Virus record (IMG/VR): IMGVR_UViG_3300027740_000003
Coordinates: 1-64,000 of that record
Source: a virus
Taxonomy: Duplodnaviria > Caudoviricetes
Strand: one strand, 5' to 3'
Length of the DNA stretch: 64,000 nt
Positions 1 to 9,827 of the stretch are shown piece after piece; the stretch's first letter is position 1; each line of letters opens with the position of its first letter. Under the pieces are notes generated by a model. The model did no database searches and had not been told where the DNA came from. It worked only from the letters and a program-made list of their open reading frames with translations. A program made the position numbers and the translations under genes.

Positions 1-1900
1 TCTCCAAAAATTCTTTTTCTGATATTAATTTGGTTCCATTTTTCTTTGCAGCTTGAAGCTTAGCACTGTTCCCCAAAGGATCTTCACAAATCAGGTACGA
101 TAAACCTTTTCCAACACTAGATTTTACAGAACCCCCGTGCTCAATAATCATTGCTTGCATTTTTGCCCGTGGCATCGAAAGAGAACCAGTAATACATAAA
201 GACTTACCAGTTAAAATTCCTACAATCTTTCCTTTTATCTTTACGCCCGCAGCTATAATGTTATCAATTCTATCTTTGTTCTCTTTTAACCCATTATAAA
301 ACTGCTCTGCTTTGATTAACCCAAAGCCAGTTATGTTCTCAAACTCAGATATGGTCATATTCTGAATCTTATTCAATGAATCATAACCAGCATCAATAAT
401 CAATTTGACAGAAGATGTTGCTATTCCTTCAATACATAATCCTCCAAGGAAATTCTCCAAAGAAATCTCGCGGAACTTGTCTAATTCTGTAATAAGATTT
501 ACGGCACTCTTATTACCCATTCTGTCTAAAGACTCTATGTCCTCTACTTTAAGTTTATAGATATCAGCAACATCAGAAACTAAACCGGAAGCAATAAGTT
601 TCTTTAGAATAGCTTCTCCCCACTCTAGGATATTAAGTTCACCAATCCATTTGTTAAGTCTGCCGACAACTTGGCCGGGACAAGACTGTTTATTTGTACA
701 AATAAGATATTCTCCCTGACGAATAGTGTTAGACCCACAAGTAGGACATTTAGTAGGAGAATCTGCAATTGTTCCTGTTGATTTGACAACAGATTTACAG
801 ACCGGGATGACGTCATTCGCACGAGAAATAACAGCTTCCGCACCAATATCAATTCCAAGATTCTCTACATTAGATACATTATATAGGCTGGCTCTTCTAA
901 TTTCTGCACCAAGCAAGAAAATTGGGTCAAATTCGGCAACGGGAGTTATTCTTCCAGTATCACCAACTTGCCATATGATGTTTCTAATGGTTGTTCTTGC
1001 TTCAGGAGCCTCGAATTTGAATGCAATTTGGCCTTTTGGCCTGTGATTTTTTTCACCAAGGGCTTTTTGAGTAGCGATATCATTGATTCTTACGACAAGT
1101 CCATCAATGTCATAATCTAATAAGGCTCTGATGCTATCCATGTAGTCTCGCCAAAGCTTAGTTGCATCGGTATAATCTCCTACTACTGTCCATTTAGGAG
1201 CAGACAGATTAAGGCTCTGAATAAACTCTAGTTGCTCAACCTCTGTGTTAAAGTCTTTTCCCTCAACGGTATAGCAAAGGACACTTAGATGTTCTACTCC
1301 TTCTCCAGATATCCTTTTTGCCAATCCAGAGGCTGCATTTCTAGGATTAGCTAGTTCTGGAAAGTATTGTTTCCAATCAGAATGTTTTAAAACAATTTCA
1401 CCACGAATATATCCTGTAAAAGGAGCGTTTAGTTTTACTGGAACCCCTTTCATTCTTCGGACATTACGTGTAATATCTTCTCCAATTTGTGAATCTCCCC
1501 GGGTTGCCCCCTGAACAAATACTCCATCTTTATATTCTAAAGAAATAGATATTCCATCAAGCTTATCTATTACTAATAATTTGCCATCACCACATTCATT
1601 ATACCACTTTTTTAATTCTTCTGGTAAATTGCATTTGTTAAGGCTTTGCATCGCCTGTTGTAAAACTACTTTTTCCCATTTGCCATCTTTTGGAGGGGGA
1701 GCTCCAACCCTAGACAAAGCATCTTTGCATCGAACAAGAAGTTTTTCTTCTTTTTTATTAGTGGGAACTAATTTGTCAGTTAGATGTTTAAGAGTGTCTT
1801 TTAAACCATCGTATTCTTGATCAGATACAATCTGATTATGCTTGTTGTAATAAGCGTCATCATATTCATCAATCTTATCTACAAGCTGTTTGACGTCCAT
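1..1900 (-). CDS. ligA: NAD-dependent DNA ligase (3' end runs off the window)
   Basis: Not in the ORF track (no stop in window). Manual translation from ATG at 1900: MDVKQLVDKIDEYDDAYYN..., KLDGISISLEYKDGVFVQGATRGD..GEDITRNV (adenylation motif), CPTC..C..C zinc finger, C-terminal BRCT (GKSLCITGSL...SVGKGLSYLI...KLQAAKKNG). Confidence 0.95.
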   Translation of the reverse strand, partial: MDVKQLVDKIDEYDDAYYNKHNQIVSDQEYDGLKDTLKHLTDKLVPTNKKEEKLLVRCKDALSRVGAPPPKDGKWEKVVLQQAMQSLNKCNLPEELKKWYNECGDGKLLVIDKLDGISISLEYKDGVFVQGATRGDSQIGEDITRNVRRMKGVPVKLNAPFTGYIRGEIVLKHSDWKQYFPELANPRNAASGLAKRISGEGVEHLSVLCYTVEGKDFNTEVEQLEFIQSLNLSAPKWTVVGDYTDATKLWRDYMDSIRALLDYDIDGLVVRINDIATQKALGEKNHRPKGQIAFKFEAPEARTTIRNIIWQVGDTGRITPVAEFDPIFLLGAEIRRASLYNVSNVENLGIDIGAEAVISRANDVIPVCKSVVKSTGTIADSPTKCPTCGSNTIRQGEYLICTNKQSCPGQVVGRLNKWIGELNILEWGEAILKKLIASGLVSDVADIYKLKVEDIESLDRMGNKSAVNLITELDKFREISLENFLGGLCIEGIATSSVKLIIDAGYDSLNKIQNMTISEFENITGFGLIKAEQFYNGLKENKDRIDNIIAAGVKIKGKIVGILTGKSLCITGSLSMPRAKMQAMIIEHGGSVKSSVGKGLSYLICEDPLGNSAKLQAAKKNGTKLISEKEFLE

Positions 1901-2077
1901 TTATGGCTCCGCGATAAATCCAAATTCTAAAGACCCAACTCTAGAACAAAGCGAGGTTATCTTCCGCTCAAGATCTTCTACTTTTTTCTGTAGATTTTTT
2001 ATTTGATCGTCCTTGTCCATCAAAGAATATTCCAATTGACTTATTCTTTCGTCAATGGTTTTTTCATACTGCGACAT
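1901..2077 (-). CDS. 58-aa coiled-coil hypothetical protein
   Basis: Manual translation MSQYEKTIDERISQLEYSLMDKDDQIKNLQKKVEDLERK...; fills the gap between neighbours. Confidence 0.6.
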   Translation of the reverse strand: MSQYEKTIDERISQLEYSLMDKDDQIKNLQKKVEDLERKITSLCSRVGSLEFGFIAEP

Positions 2078-2086
2078 CAGATTAAC

Positions 2087-3241
2087 CTATATTTTGTATG
2101 CTAATGCTTCTGTTATCATTCCAAGCGTAGCAAAGTCTACCAAATCAGAATTTAACAAGTCTCTAACTGTTTTTACTACAACGGTTGTTCTTTCCGAATC
2201 AGCTTCGACTCCACGCACCTGGTCTTTTGTATCAATTAAATGTTGAATATCTTTATCTGATATTGGTGCACAGAACAATTCCTGCTTGTGAATAGAAAAA
2301 GTTCCCATTCCTTGTCTATTGCTCATCTGAGATAAGTCTGACGGCTTGATTTCAATACCCGTTTCCTCACGAATTTCGTCAATAATTACCTTCTCAGGGC
2401 TATTTTTGGTTGTTGAAGAGCCTCCTGGAAGCTCATATACAAAACCATCCTTAGATGTATTGCCAGGAGAACGGAATTCTCTTACCAAAACAACCCTAGT
2501 TTCAAGAAAACTTTTTCCTTGCTCATATAATACAGCCTGAACAACCGGGGTTCTTCTAATAATGAACTCATTAACCTTAATTCTGTTCTCTTCAGGTATA
2601 AATACCTTTACATGAATAGCAAATGAGAACAAAAATCCGTTGCCAACCAAGAATGACCATAGAGGCTTGGCATATTTTAATTCATGCCCGGCCTTTTTTT
2701 GGACAGAATACCACTCTTTAAAGGCAGAATGGTTCCAAAAAATGGACGGAACCCACATTTCTCCATCATTTCTTGGAGTTGCCGGGGTTCTATCAATAGC
2801 TTCTTTACAAGCGTCCTCCAAAGATGAATGAACCTTAATTTTCTTTTCTTTTGCTGTCCAATCAAGATAATTCATCTTTGGAGCATCATCCGGTCTGCCA
2901 TAAACAACCCGGCCAGAACTACAATACAAACCAAACTCTACGTTGGTTGTAAATGCAGGCATATCTTGAAGCTCTCTTGGTACCCAAAAGAGAATTATAT
3001 CAGCAGATTGCATTGCAAGACGTTCCCATTTGATTTGATCGTCTGCACTGAAATCCTTTCCCTCGGGCCCGTCTTCATACTCAGGAACATATACTGTTCC
3101 GTCGTACCCCAGCTTTTCCAGCAAAGCTAACGCCTCGGGACGCCAAGATTTTACATTGGGATCCCTCGGAGTTGGGCCGGCCAGAAATAGGCTTCTAGAT
3201 ATAGAAGTCGGGAAGGAACTGCAAGAATACCTAATATCCAT
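2087..3241 (-). CDS. Nucleoside 2-deoxyribosyltransferase-like domain fused to NUDIX hydrolase
   Basis: N-term LFLAGPTPR..SWR..A, QIKWE..AM..ADIILFWVPR...TTNVEFG; C-term ELPGG...EIREETGI NUDIX-like box. Confidence 0.8.
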   Translation of the reverse strand: MDIRYSCSSFPTSISRSLFLAGPTPRDPNVKSWRPEALALLEKLGYDGTVYVPEYEDGPEGKDFSADDQIKWERLAMQSADIILFWVPRELQDMPAFTTNVEFGLYCSSGRVVYGRPDDAPKMNYLDWTAKEKKIKVHSSLEDACKEAIDRTPATPRNDGEMWVPSIFWNHSAFKEWYSVQKKAGHELKYAKPLWSFLVGNGFLFSFAIHVKVFIPEENRIKVNEFIIRRTPVVQAVLYEQGKSFLETRVVLVREFRSPGNTSKDGFVYELPGGSSTTKNSPEKVIIDEIREETGIEIKPSDLSQMSNRQGMGTFSIHKQELFCAPISDKDIQHLIDTKDQVRGVEADSERTTVVVKTVRDLLNSDLVDFATLGMITEALAYKI

Positions 3242-3246
3242 TTATT

Positions 3247-4107
3247 TCACCATTTGTCGTCATCATCATATCCGTTATCATGACAACTATAACCGTCATC
3301 ATCATAATCATCATCATCTTCGTCTTCTTCGTCTTCCTCATCATAGTCTGCGGAAGCTCCATATAGAGGAGACTCTTTATACTCTGCTTTGATCTCTTCC
3401 AGCACAGTAAATGCACACACTCTCATTTTTGCTTGATTATAATCTGTTGGGACGGCAACAACGTCTTTTGGATTTACTTTAACAGCAACCAACCGCCCAC
3501 TACCAGAATGGTAAAAATTACAAGCATATTCGTAATTAGCAACGTGAAGACCATAAGAACATGTTTGAGTAGGGTCTTCATTTACCCTGTTCCTAGGCAT
3601 AGAAACTTCAGCACCAATACTGTTATCAACTTTATTGGTGTAAAAGTCTTTAAAATTATCACTAACTCTACGATATGCTAGAAAACATCCATCGACAGTA
3701 AGAGGATGATTGTTCTTTTCCAAGAAATCATGTAGTTGTTGAACGCTACGATAGGATGGGTTTAGATTAAGATTAGCCCAGAACCTAAGCAAAGGCTCTA
3801 CCGGAAGGTTGTTCTTGGCAAAATCAAGAATTCTCATTGAGAGAGAATATGGCAAAGCCTCGTCGCCAACATATACCACATCCCCTTTTACAGTAAAGGT
3901 TGAACTAAACTTATCTGAAATTGGTTTGGTGGGAGTCAGTAAATCAGGAATGATTTCCCAATTTTTATCTGCAATTGCTTTAACCACTTCAGCAAATAAC
4001 TTATCTGTGGTTAGAACCGAACGAGGTTGCCCATCTGGGCAAGTAATAGTAATCTGCTTGTCGGTCTTGATGAAAGGAAGTCCAGTTTTTTGCCAATCAG
4101 TATTCAT
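3247..4107 (-). CDS. rIIB: rIIB-like protein
   Basis: LHDFLEKNNHPLTVDGCFLAYRRV, MPRNRVNEDPTQTCSYGLHV, VKVNPKDVVAVPTDYNQAKMRVC; acidic tail; follows rIIA. Start moved to ATG at 4107. Confidence 0.88.
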   Translation of the reverse strand: MNTDWQKTGLPFIKTDKQITITCPDGQPRSVLTTDKLFAEVVKAIADKNWEIIPDLLTPTKPISDKFSSTFTVKGDVVYVGDEALPYSLSMRILDFAKNNLPVEPLLRFWANLNLNPSYRSVQQLHDFLEKNNHPLTVDGCFLAYRRVSDNFKDFYTNKVDNSIGAEVSMPRNRVNEDPTQTCSYGLHVANYEYACNFYHSGSGRLVAVKVNPKDVVAVPTDYNQAKMRVCAFTVLEEIKAEYKESPLYGASADYDEEDEEDEDDDDYDDDGYSCHDNGYDDDDKW

Positions 4108-6322
4108 TTTCTTCTCCGTCTGTTGTTGCAATGTAGCCATTCGCCGACTGTCTGTCAAGCTCGGCATCAATCAAACACACATATTTTAATATAGCTTCAA
4201 ATTGATGGTCTATATCAATCGAAATCATTTTTAATATAGGGTATAATTCGTTTATTTTATCTTTTAAAGCAAATAGTGGTAGGTTTTCCTTGTCTTTACA
4301 TGATACATCTATTCCAGCAATTTTCATTAATTTTAATAATTGTTCATATTTTTTATTGTTTTCATATATTTGTTTTGATAATTTAACATATTCGTATAAC
4401 GCCCCTTCACAATGAACGGAGGTTATTTTTTCTATTTTTTTTATTAGAAAATGGCTATAATAATGAGTGTTGAAATTGTCTAAATATCCAGCACCGATTT
4501 GTTCAGAAAATTCTATTAGTTGCTCAGATGTTAGATTGTTTTCTACTAGTTTAGAATCTATTTCATTTTTAATATAATCTTTTAATTGGATCCAGCCTGT
4601 TCCAATATCGTTTTTATCTTTTTGTCTAATTGCAAATACTTTAATATCTTTGAAATATTCAATTAGGAACAACATGTTTTCATATGAAATATCTTTTTCA
4701 CCAGAAGTAATAACATTGTTTTGGCCAGAGGTAATAACGTATATTCCATTACCTTGTTCAACATCAATCTCAGCAGGCTGCCAATAATGATCACATTTCC
4801 TGCCACCTTGATATGTTAGATTAAACACAAAAGCTTTAGCCAAACTTCGACCACTAGTAGTTCTATTTCTTTTTTGTTTAATTTTCTTCGGAGCATCAAT
4901 TGATGATAGTAAAATTGGGTTTAAAATGTTTAAATCGAAATTATTATGCTTTTCAAATGATTTTAATCCCTGCTCGACGTCTAATTTAGAAAATGTAATA
5001 ACTTGAACTAAATTGTTGTCATGTGGATTATATCCATTTAACTCCATAAAATATTCTATTCGACTTCTGGCAATACTAGAGTCGCTAAGATCATTAATAA
5101 TGATTTGCATTATAGTATTAATAGTAGAGCCTTCTCTACTTGACACTTGTTTTTTATATTGTCTATTATTTCTAGCCCAAAATGCCTCGACATGATATTT
5201 TACATCATCTTCTTTTATCGCAGGATATTCAATTTTCAAGTTATGTTTTACTTTGATTCCATTCCATTCTGGAATATAATCATCAGGTAAAGCAAATTGA
5301 AAATTTCTTTCAATTTCTATATTGTTTTTTACTGCCTCAATATAAGACGGGGCATTGCCAATTTTATCTATAGCAAGCGCTTTGACCTCAGATAAAATTT
5401 GATCTAATCGTGTATTTATTATCTTCTGAGTTTTGGTATCATATTGCAACTCTTCCCTGTTTGCCGAAAGAGTCATCTCTCCATTATTAACAAAGAACTC
5501 AGACTGTCTAACAACTTCTCTTTTTAGAGAAATATTTTCCCCAGATAAAAATATGTTATCTGGATTTAAAGGATAGGCAATTCCGTCAATAATTGCCAAA
5601 GATCTTCTGTTATAATAACCCGAATATTTGCACAATCTATATTCTTTGGTTTCAAAGAAAGACTGTAGTTTATCTGGCCAGTGGGGAACGCCATTTCCTT
5701 TTAGGATGGGAAGAACGTTCCAATATTGGCACACCTCTACTGTTGCTTGGGCGAATTTTTTCCAATCATCCGGAGCAACAACTAATGAAATTTCTGTTCC
5801 AGTTTCTTCGTCTGTTGGGGACTCTGCTATGAGTCGCATTTTCCCAGTAGATGAAGCATCTATATAAGCAATATAAATTCTTTTTACATTAGAGCCGTCT
5901 TGACAAGGGTTCTTTGTAGTTGTAGTAATACTGAATTGATCAGAATAGGCAAAAGGAGTCTTGGCGCCTAGACCAAAACCACCAGTTTGAAAATCATCAT
6001 CATTTTTAGTGCTTATTCCATAACGAATAAACACGCCGGCCATTCTTTGATGAGAAATGCCTGGGCCATAATCTTTAACAACATAATGCTCATCAAAAGC
6101 ATTTGGTATATGAATTTCAATTGGCCTATCTGGTGTTCCAATTTCTCTATGAGCATCCCTTGCATTGCAGGAGATCTCTCTTGCAATAGCTTTAATTGGA
6201 TTAGAATACATTGAATTGCGAAGGATAACCATAATCCTTCCAATGTTTCCAATTTGGAACTCTTCCTCATAAAGGCAGGCCCCGCCAGTTTCAACACTTG
6301 GTTTATAATCCTCGATCCTCAT
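4097..6322 (-). CDS. rIIA: rIIA-like protein (N-terminal GHKL ATPase)
   Basis: MYSNPIKAIAREISCNARDAH, VKDYGPGI, STK..., GGFGLGAKTPFAYSDQF; paired with rIIB. Confidence 0.9.
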   Translation of the reverse strand: MRIEDYKPSVETGGACLYEEEFQIGNIGRIMVILRNSMYSNPIKAIAREISCNARDAHREIGTPDRPIEIHIPNAFDEHYVVKDYGPGISHQRMAGVFIRYGISTKNDDDFQTGGFGLGAKTPFAYSDQFSITTTTKNPCQDGSNVKRIYIAYIDASSTGKMRLIAESPTDEETGTEISLVVAPDDWKKFAQATVEVCQYWNVLPILKGNGVPHWPDKLQSFFETKEYRLCKYSGYYNRRSLAIIDGIAYPLNPDNIFLSGENISLKREVVRQSEFFVNNGEMTLSANREELQYDTKTQKIINTRLDQILSEVKALAIDKIGNAPSYIEAVKNNIEIERNFQFALPDDYIPEWNGIKVKHNLKIEYPAIKEDDVKYHVEAFWARNNRQYKKQVSSREGSTINTIMQIIINDLSDSSIARSRIEYFMELNGYNPHDNNLVQVITFSKLDVEQGLKSFEKHNNFDLNILNPILLSSIDAPKKIKQKRNRTTSGRSLAKAFVFNLTYQGGRKCDHYWQPAEIDVEQGNGIYVITSGQNNVITSGEKDISYENMLFLIEYFKDIKVFAIRQKDKNDIGTGWIQLKDYIKNEIDSKLVENNLTSEQLIEFSEQIGAGYLDNFNTHYYSHFLIKKIEKITSVHCEGALYEYVKLSKQIYENNKKYEQLLKLMKIAGIDVSCKDKENLPLFALKDKINELYPILKMISIDIDHQFEAILKYVCLIDAELDRQSANGYIATTDGEENEY
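4130..4158 (-). promoter_or_regulatory. sigma70-type promoter inside the 3' end of rIIA, serving rIIB
   Basis: TTGACA-17-TACATT. Confidence 0.65.
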
Positions 6323-6328
6323 GCGGAC

Positions 6329-6357
6329 AAGGTAAGCACTCCCGCTCGGTCTGTCAA
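6329..6357 (-). promoter_or_regulatory. sigma70-type promoter, rIIA (leaderless geometry)
   Basis: TTGACA-17-TACCTT, then 6 nt to ATG. Confidence 0.7.
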
Positions 6358-6399
6358 TGGCCAGAGTTTAATCTACATATCTATATCTAGAACGCCAAT

Positions 6400-6801
6400 T
6401 TATCCATAATAATCCGTGTCCCCATATCTATTTTTTAACTGATCAATAACAACATAACACACAGGCGGGTTTAACTTTGCCAATTTTTTATTTTCTTTAT
6501 GCGTCCTATACTGTTTTAAAGCCTGCTCTTTTGTTTTAAATATCCAACAATGTATTGTGCCATAGTATAATTCCGGGTTGCCATTTGTTGTATCTAAACA
6601 AACCCAACACATTGTTCCAATTAATTTTTTATTATATTTTGAAACAAGAAACGGATTATTTGTTTGTTCTAATATAGAATCGATAGATCTATGTGCAGTA
6701 TAATAATTGTTATTTGTTTCCCCGTCAACCCAAAAAATTTCCGGAAGAGCCATTGGATAATAGTTCATTTTCTCTAATGGTTTCGTATTTAACTTTAACA
6801 T
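6400..6801 (-). CDS. Hypothetical protein
   Basis: 133-aa ORF abutting the kinase gene. Confidence 0.6.
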   Translation of the reverse strand: MLKLNTKPLEKMNYYPMALPEIFWVDGETNNNYYTAHRSIDSILEQTNNPFLVSKYNKKLIGTMCWVCLDTTNGNPELYYGTIHCWIFKTKEQALKQYRTHKENKKLAKLNPPVCYVVIDQLKNRYGDTDYYG

Positions 6802-8492
6802 TATCTCATCTTTATTGAATAGGCCTTGTTGCCTTTATAGAACATTGTTTGAACACCACACGAGAATAACCTCATATCTCCGTCCAGAACATCATCCTCG
6901 ACTTCTTTTGCCTGATTATTATTTCTCTGTGCTGGAAACAATACTAACTTATCGTCCTCGTTTAGATGAGCACAAATCCCATTGTCAAGTACAGTAAAGT
7001 TTATACCAGAATAGTTAACGTCTTTATATTCTTTAATATCATATCCGTCATATGCAGAGGCCAGCCTTATTATATATTTATTGTATTTGCCGCCTTTGTT
7101 TGTGATAACCATTAATACTTTTCTTTCAAATTTGGCATCAATAATCTTTTGCCCATCAAGTTCTTTTATATTTAATTGGTAATGTTTACCACTATCAGGA
7201 AAGAAAGACACATATGTCGAACCAAGAAGGTTTTGTATTACACATCCGTCAAATAATTTTGAACCATAAGGCAATACATTAGCAACTTGAGACGAACCTG
7301 CAATTATATTATTCCCAATATCGGTTAGGTTAAGCTCATATATTGCATTGTTGCTTTTTATATATAATCTATTATCATATTTCATTATTTCAGACGCACT
7401 TAATATTGTTGGAACATCTGTTTTATTTGTAAGATTTTTTAGTTTAAGTAATCCATTGTCTATATTAGCAGCAATAATAGTATTTCTTCCAGGCAAACAT
7501 ATAATTTTAGAATCCAATGGTGCAGGATAGGTTTTTCCATTAATAATAGCACCATTGGTTGTTAAAACCGCTTTGGTTGGACTCCAGATTATATCAATAA
7601 TATCTGAATTAAAACTGTCCAATTCAACTATTTCAAATAGATTGCTGCCATTAACAGTTTTAACAACAATGGCCACATTAGCCACAGAGAAAGGATCGTT
7701 TGGTGGGGCCTCTCTTTTACCATCCTTTAGAACCCCTTTAAACCAATTCAGATAAGCTTCTGGGATTACGGTGAGGGGGTAGCATACCGCCGGCAAAGAT
7801 ACGTTAGAATCGAAAATAGACACGTTCCTGTCCATTCTTTCTTCCCAGGAACCAATCGTAGGATGTTTTCCTTTATAAGGATGAATCCCAACAAATAGGT
7901 TAAATGAAATGATAGCAAAAGAAAACCAATCAGAACCTGTTGTCCATTTATTATTTTTAACCTGTCTGTCTCTAATGTTTTCCATAATTGCTGTGGCCGG
8001 AAAACTCTTTGTTTGATAAGAGTCTACATCAATTCCATACAATTTTGTTGCATCTTCTGTTATTAAATAATTAAGCTCATTTAAATCAACAATAAGAATA
8101 TTGTTTTTATGACAAAAAGAAACTATATTTTGTAATTTTCTAACTAATTCTAATATTGTTTGTTCAGATATATTATTTCTTTTCCTATAAGTTCTAGTAA
8201 AAGCTTTACATAAGGCTACAGTATCTTTCACATAGCGCATAGTGTAGCCAACATTATGGCCTTTTGAATCTAGAAGAATATTATCTGGTTTTATGATAAT
8301 ACTTCCCGGGGAAGGTTCGTGGGTCAGAACAGAAAGTTCTTGTATTTTCCCTAAAGGAATAGCTTTTTTATGATCTAGGTAGACCTTGTAAGCTATTCCA
8401 TTACGAACAAAAACTTGACCTTCGCCACCTTGGGCTAGAAGATCTTGTTGGGTTAGATTAATTTCACCCTGCCCTTGAACAACAAGTTTCAT
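6801..8492 (-). CDS. Ser/Thr protein kinase, YegI/TerY-P-associated type
   Basis: LAQGGEGQVF Gly loop, AYKVY, VDLNELNYLI catalytic loop, GIDVDSYQ, SDWFSFAI, GIHPYKG. Confidence 0.85.
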   Translation of the reverse strand: MKLVVQGQGEINLTQQDLLAQGGEGQVFVRNGIAYKVYLDHKKAIPLGKIQELSVLTHEPSPGSIIIKPDNILLDSKGHNVGYTMRYVKDTVALCKAFTRTYRKRNNISEQTILELVRKLQNIVSFCHKNNILIVDLNELNYLITEDATKLYGIDVDSYQTKSFPATAIMENIRDRQVKNNKWTTGSDWFSFAIISFNLFVGIHPYKGKHPTIGSWEERMDRNVSIFDSNVSLPAVCYPLTVIPEAYLNWFKGVLKDGKREAPPNDPFSVANVAIVVKTVNGSNLFEIVELDSFNSDIIDIIWSPTKAVLTTNGAIINGKTYPAPLDSKIICLPGRNTIIAANIDNGLLKLKNLTNKTDVPTILSASEIMKYDNRLYIKSNNAIYELNLTDIGNNIIAGSSQVANVLPYGSKLFDGCVIQNLLGSTYVSFFPDSGKHYQLNIKELDGQKIIDAKFERKVLMVITNKGGKYNKYIIRLASAYDGYDIKEYKDVNYSGINFTVLDNGICAHLNEDDKLVLFPAQRNNNQAKEVEDDVLDGDMRLFSCGVQTMFYKGNKAYSIKMR

Positions 8493-9192
8493 TTTTCAGT
8501 ATTTCCTTTTCACTTTCCTCAATAATCTTTTCCCATTCGGGAAGCATTTCTTCATTATATTCTTGCTCAGCTACCCTAATTTTCTTGGCAACATTCTTAT
8601 TTCTGCTATATATTCTATACAAAAGACAAAACATTATTAATGTTTGTACCAAAGCAATTATTGCTAAAAACATTATATTGATCAAAAACAATACGACCGT
8701 TGCTAGAATTAGCAATAAAGCTATTGATATGTTAATATACTTTAATATATTAAGTTTTTTATTTAATTGGTTTAGCCTATTTATTTTTTGTTTGGCCGAT
8801 TCTCGTTTGCATATAAAGTTCCAATCTTTTCTGTAATAAGTTATTTGTTCATCACAATTCTCACACGATACATAAAAAAGATCACTATATTCATTATATG
8901 TCCAAGACAATTTATAAACTTTACACTTTTTACTACAATTACAAAACGGTTTATTTAAAACAAAAACCAATTTATAATTATCACTAGAAGTTTTGTCATC
9001 TATTATTTTTACATCATTTTTGTTAATATAAATGTTTTTTAAACAACTTTTACATTTTAAACAGAAAGAATCTTTTAAAGAATAGTTTGCGTGTCTATTA
9101 GGAATCCAAACTACTAAGCTTTGTTGTTCTTTTGAACAATCACAAAAATTATAAGGAATATTGAAATGTAATGTTAATGGAACATTGGTCAT
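8464..9192 (-). CDS. Membrane protein with Cys-rich N-terminus and two-helix TM segment
   Basis: Several CxC/CxxC pairs; hydrophobic ISIALLLILATVVLFLINIMFLAIIALVQTLIMFCLL. Confidence 0.65.
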   Translation of the reverse strand: MTNVPLTLHFNIPYNFCDCSKEQQSLVVWIPNRHANYSLKDSFCLKCKSCLKNIYINKNDVKIIDDKTSSDNYKLVFVLNKPFCNCSKKCKVYKLSWTYNEYSDLFYVSCENCDEQITYYRKDWNFICKRESAKQKINRLNQLNKKLNILKYINISIALLLILATVVLFLINIMFLAIIALVQTLIMFCLLYRIYSRNKNVAKKIRVAEQEYNEEMLPEWEKIIEESEKEILKNETCCSRAG

Positions 9193-9827
9193 TTTGCAAC
9201 TACCATTTCTGTCTCATAACAATTTTCCAGCTCTTCTAACATTGGTTCATCATCTATTTTGATTCTAATATTTTTATTATACTCTTCAATAATTTTATCA
9301 TATTGTTGCACCAATAGTTCGTTTAATTTTAATTCATTTTTGGCAATATTTTCTAAACAGAACCTGTATTTTGCATAATAAACATAGTATAAAATAACAA
9401 CTAGTGTTGTAAGAAATACTACTCCTATTGGAATTGTGTATAAACTAATAAACAAAGGAGGAATTGATAAAAGGAAAAAAAATATGCATAAAACAAACGC
9501 ATCTATCATTGTGGATTTTTTATCTTTTTTATTCTTCTCAAGTTTGTTTTTGATATCTTCAATCTCTTTCTCTAACTTATCTTCAGTTTTAGTTTCTTTT
9601 TTATCATCTTCTTTATTTAAATTTGTTTCTTTTGTTATTATAAAGTCCGCAAAAGTATTATTATATGCTCTTTTTACTATTAGACCCCGGTTTTTAAAAT
9701 ATTCTTCTGTTTCTTCGGAAGCAATGCCATTATAAAAATATGATAACTCTCCTAATTTAATAGATTTAACAATACCATTTTCAATTTTCTCTATTTGTTT
9801 CTCTACAGTTTCGCTATATGCTGACAT
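9189..9827 (-). CDS. Membrane protein (coiled coil + two TM helices)
   Basis: Hydrophobic AFVLCIFFFLLSIPPLFISLYTIPIGVVFLTTLVVILYYVYY. Confidence 0.65.
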   Translation of the reverse strand: MSAYSETVEKQIEKIENGIVKSIKLGELSYFYNGIASEETEEYFKNRGLIVKRAYNNTFADFIITKETNLNKEDDKKETKTEDKLEKEIEDIKNKLEKNKKDKKSTMIDAFVLCIFFFLLSIPPLFISLYTIPIGVVFLTTLVVILYYVYYAKYRFCLENIAKNELKLNELLVQQYDKIIEEYNKNIRIKIDDEPMLEELENCYETEMVVAK

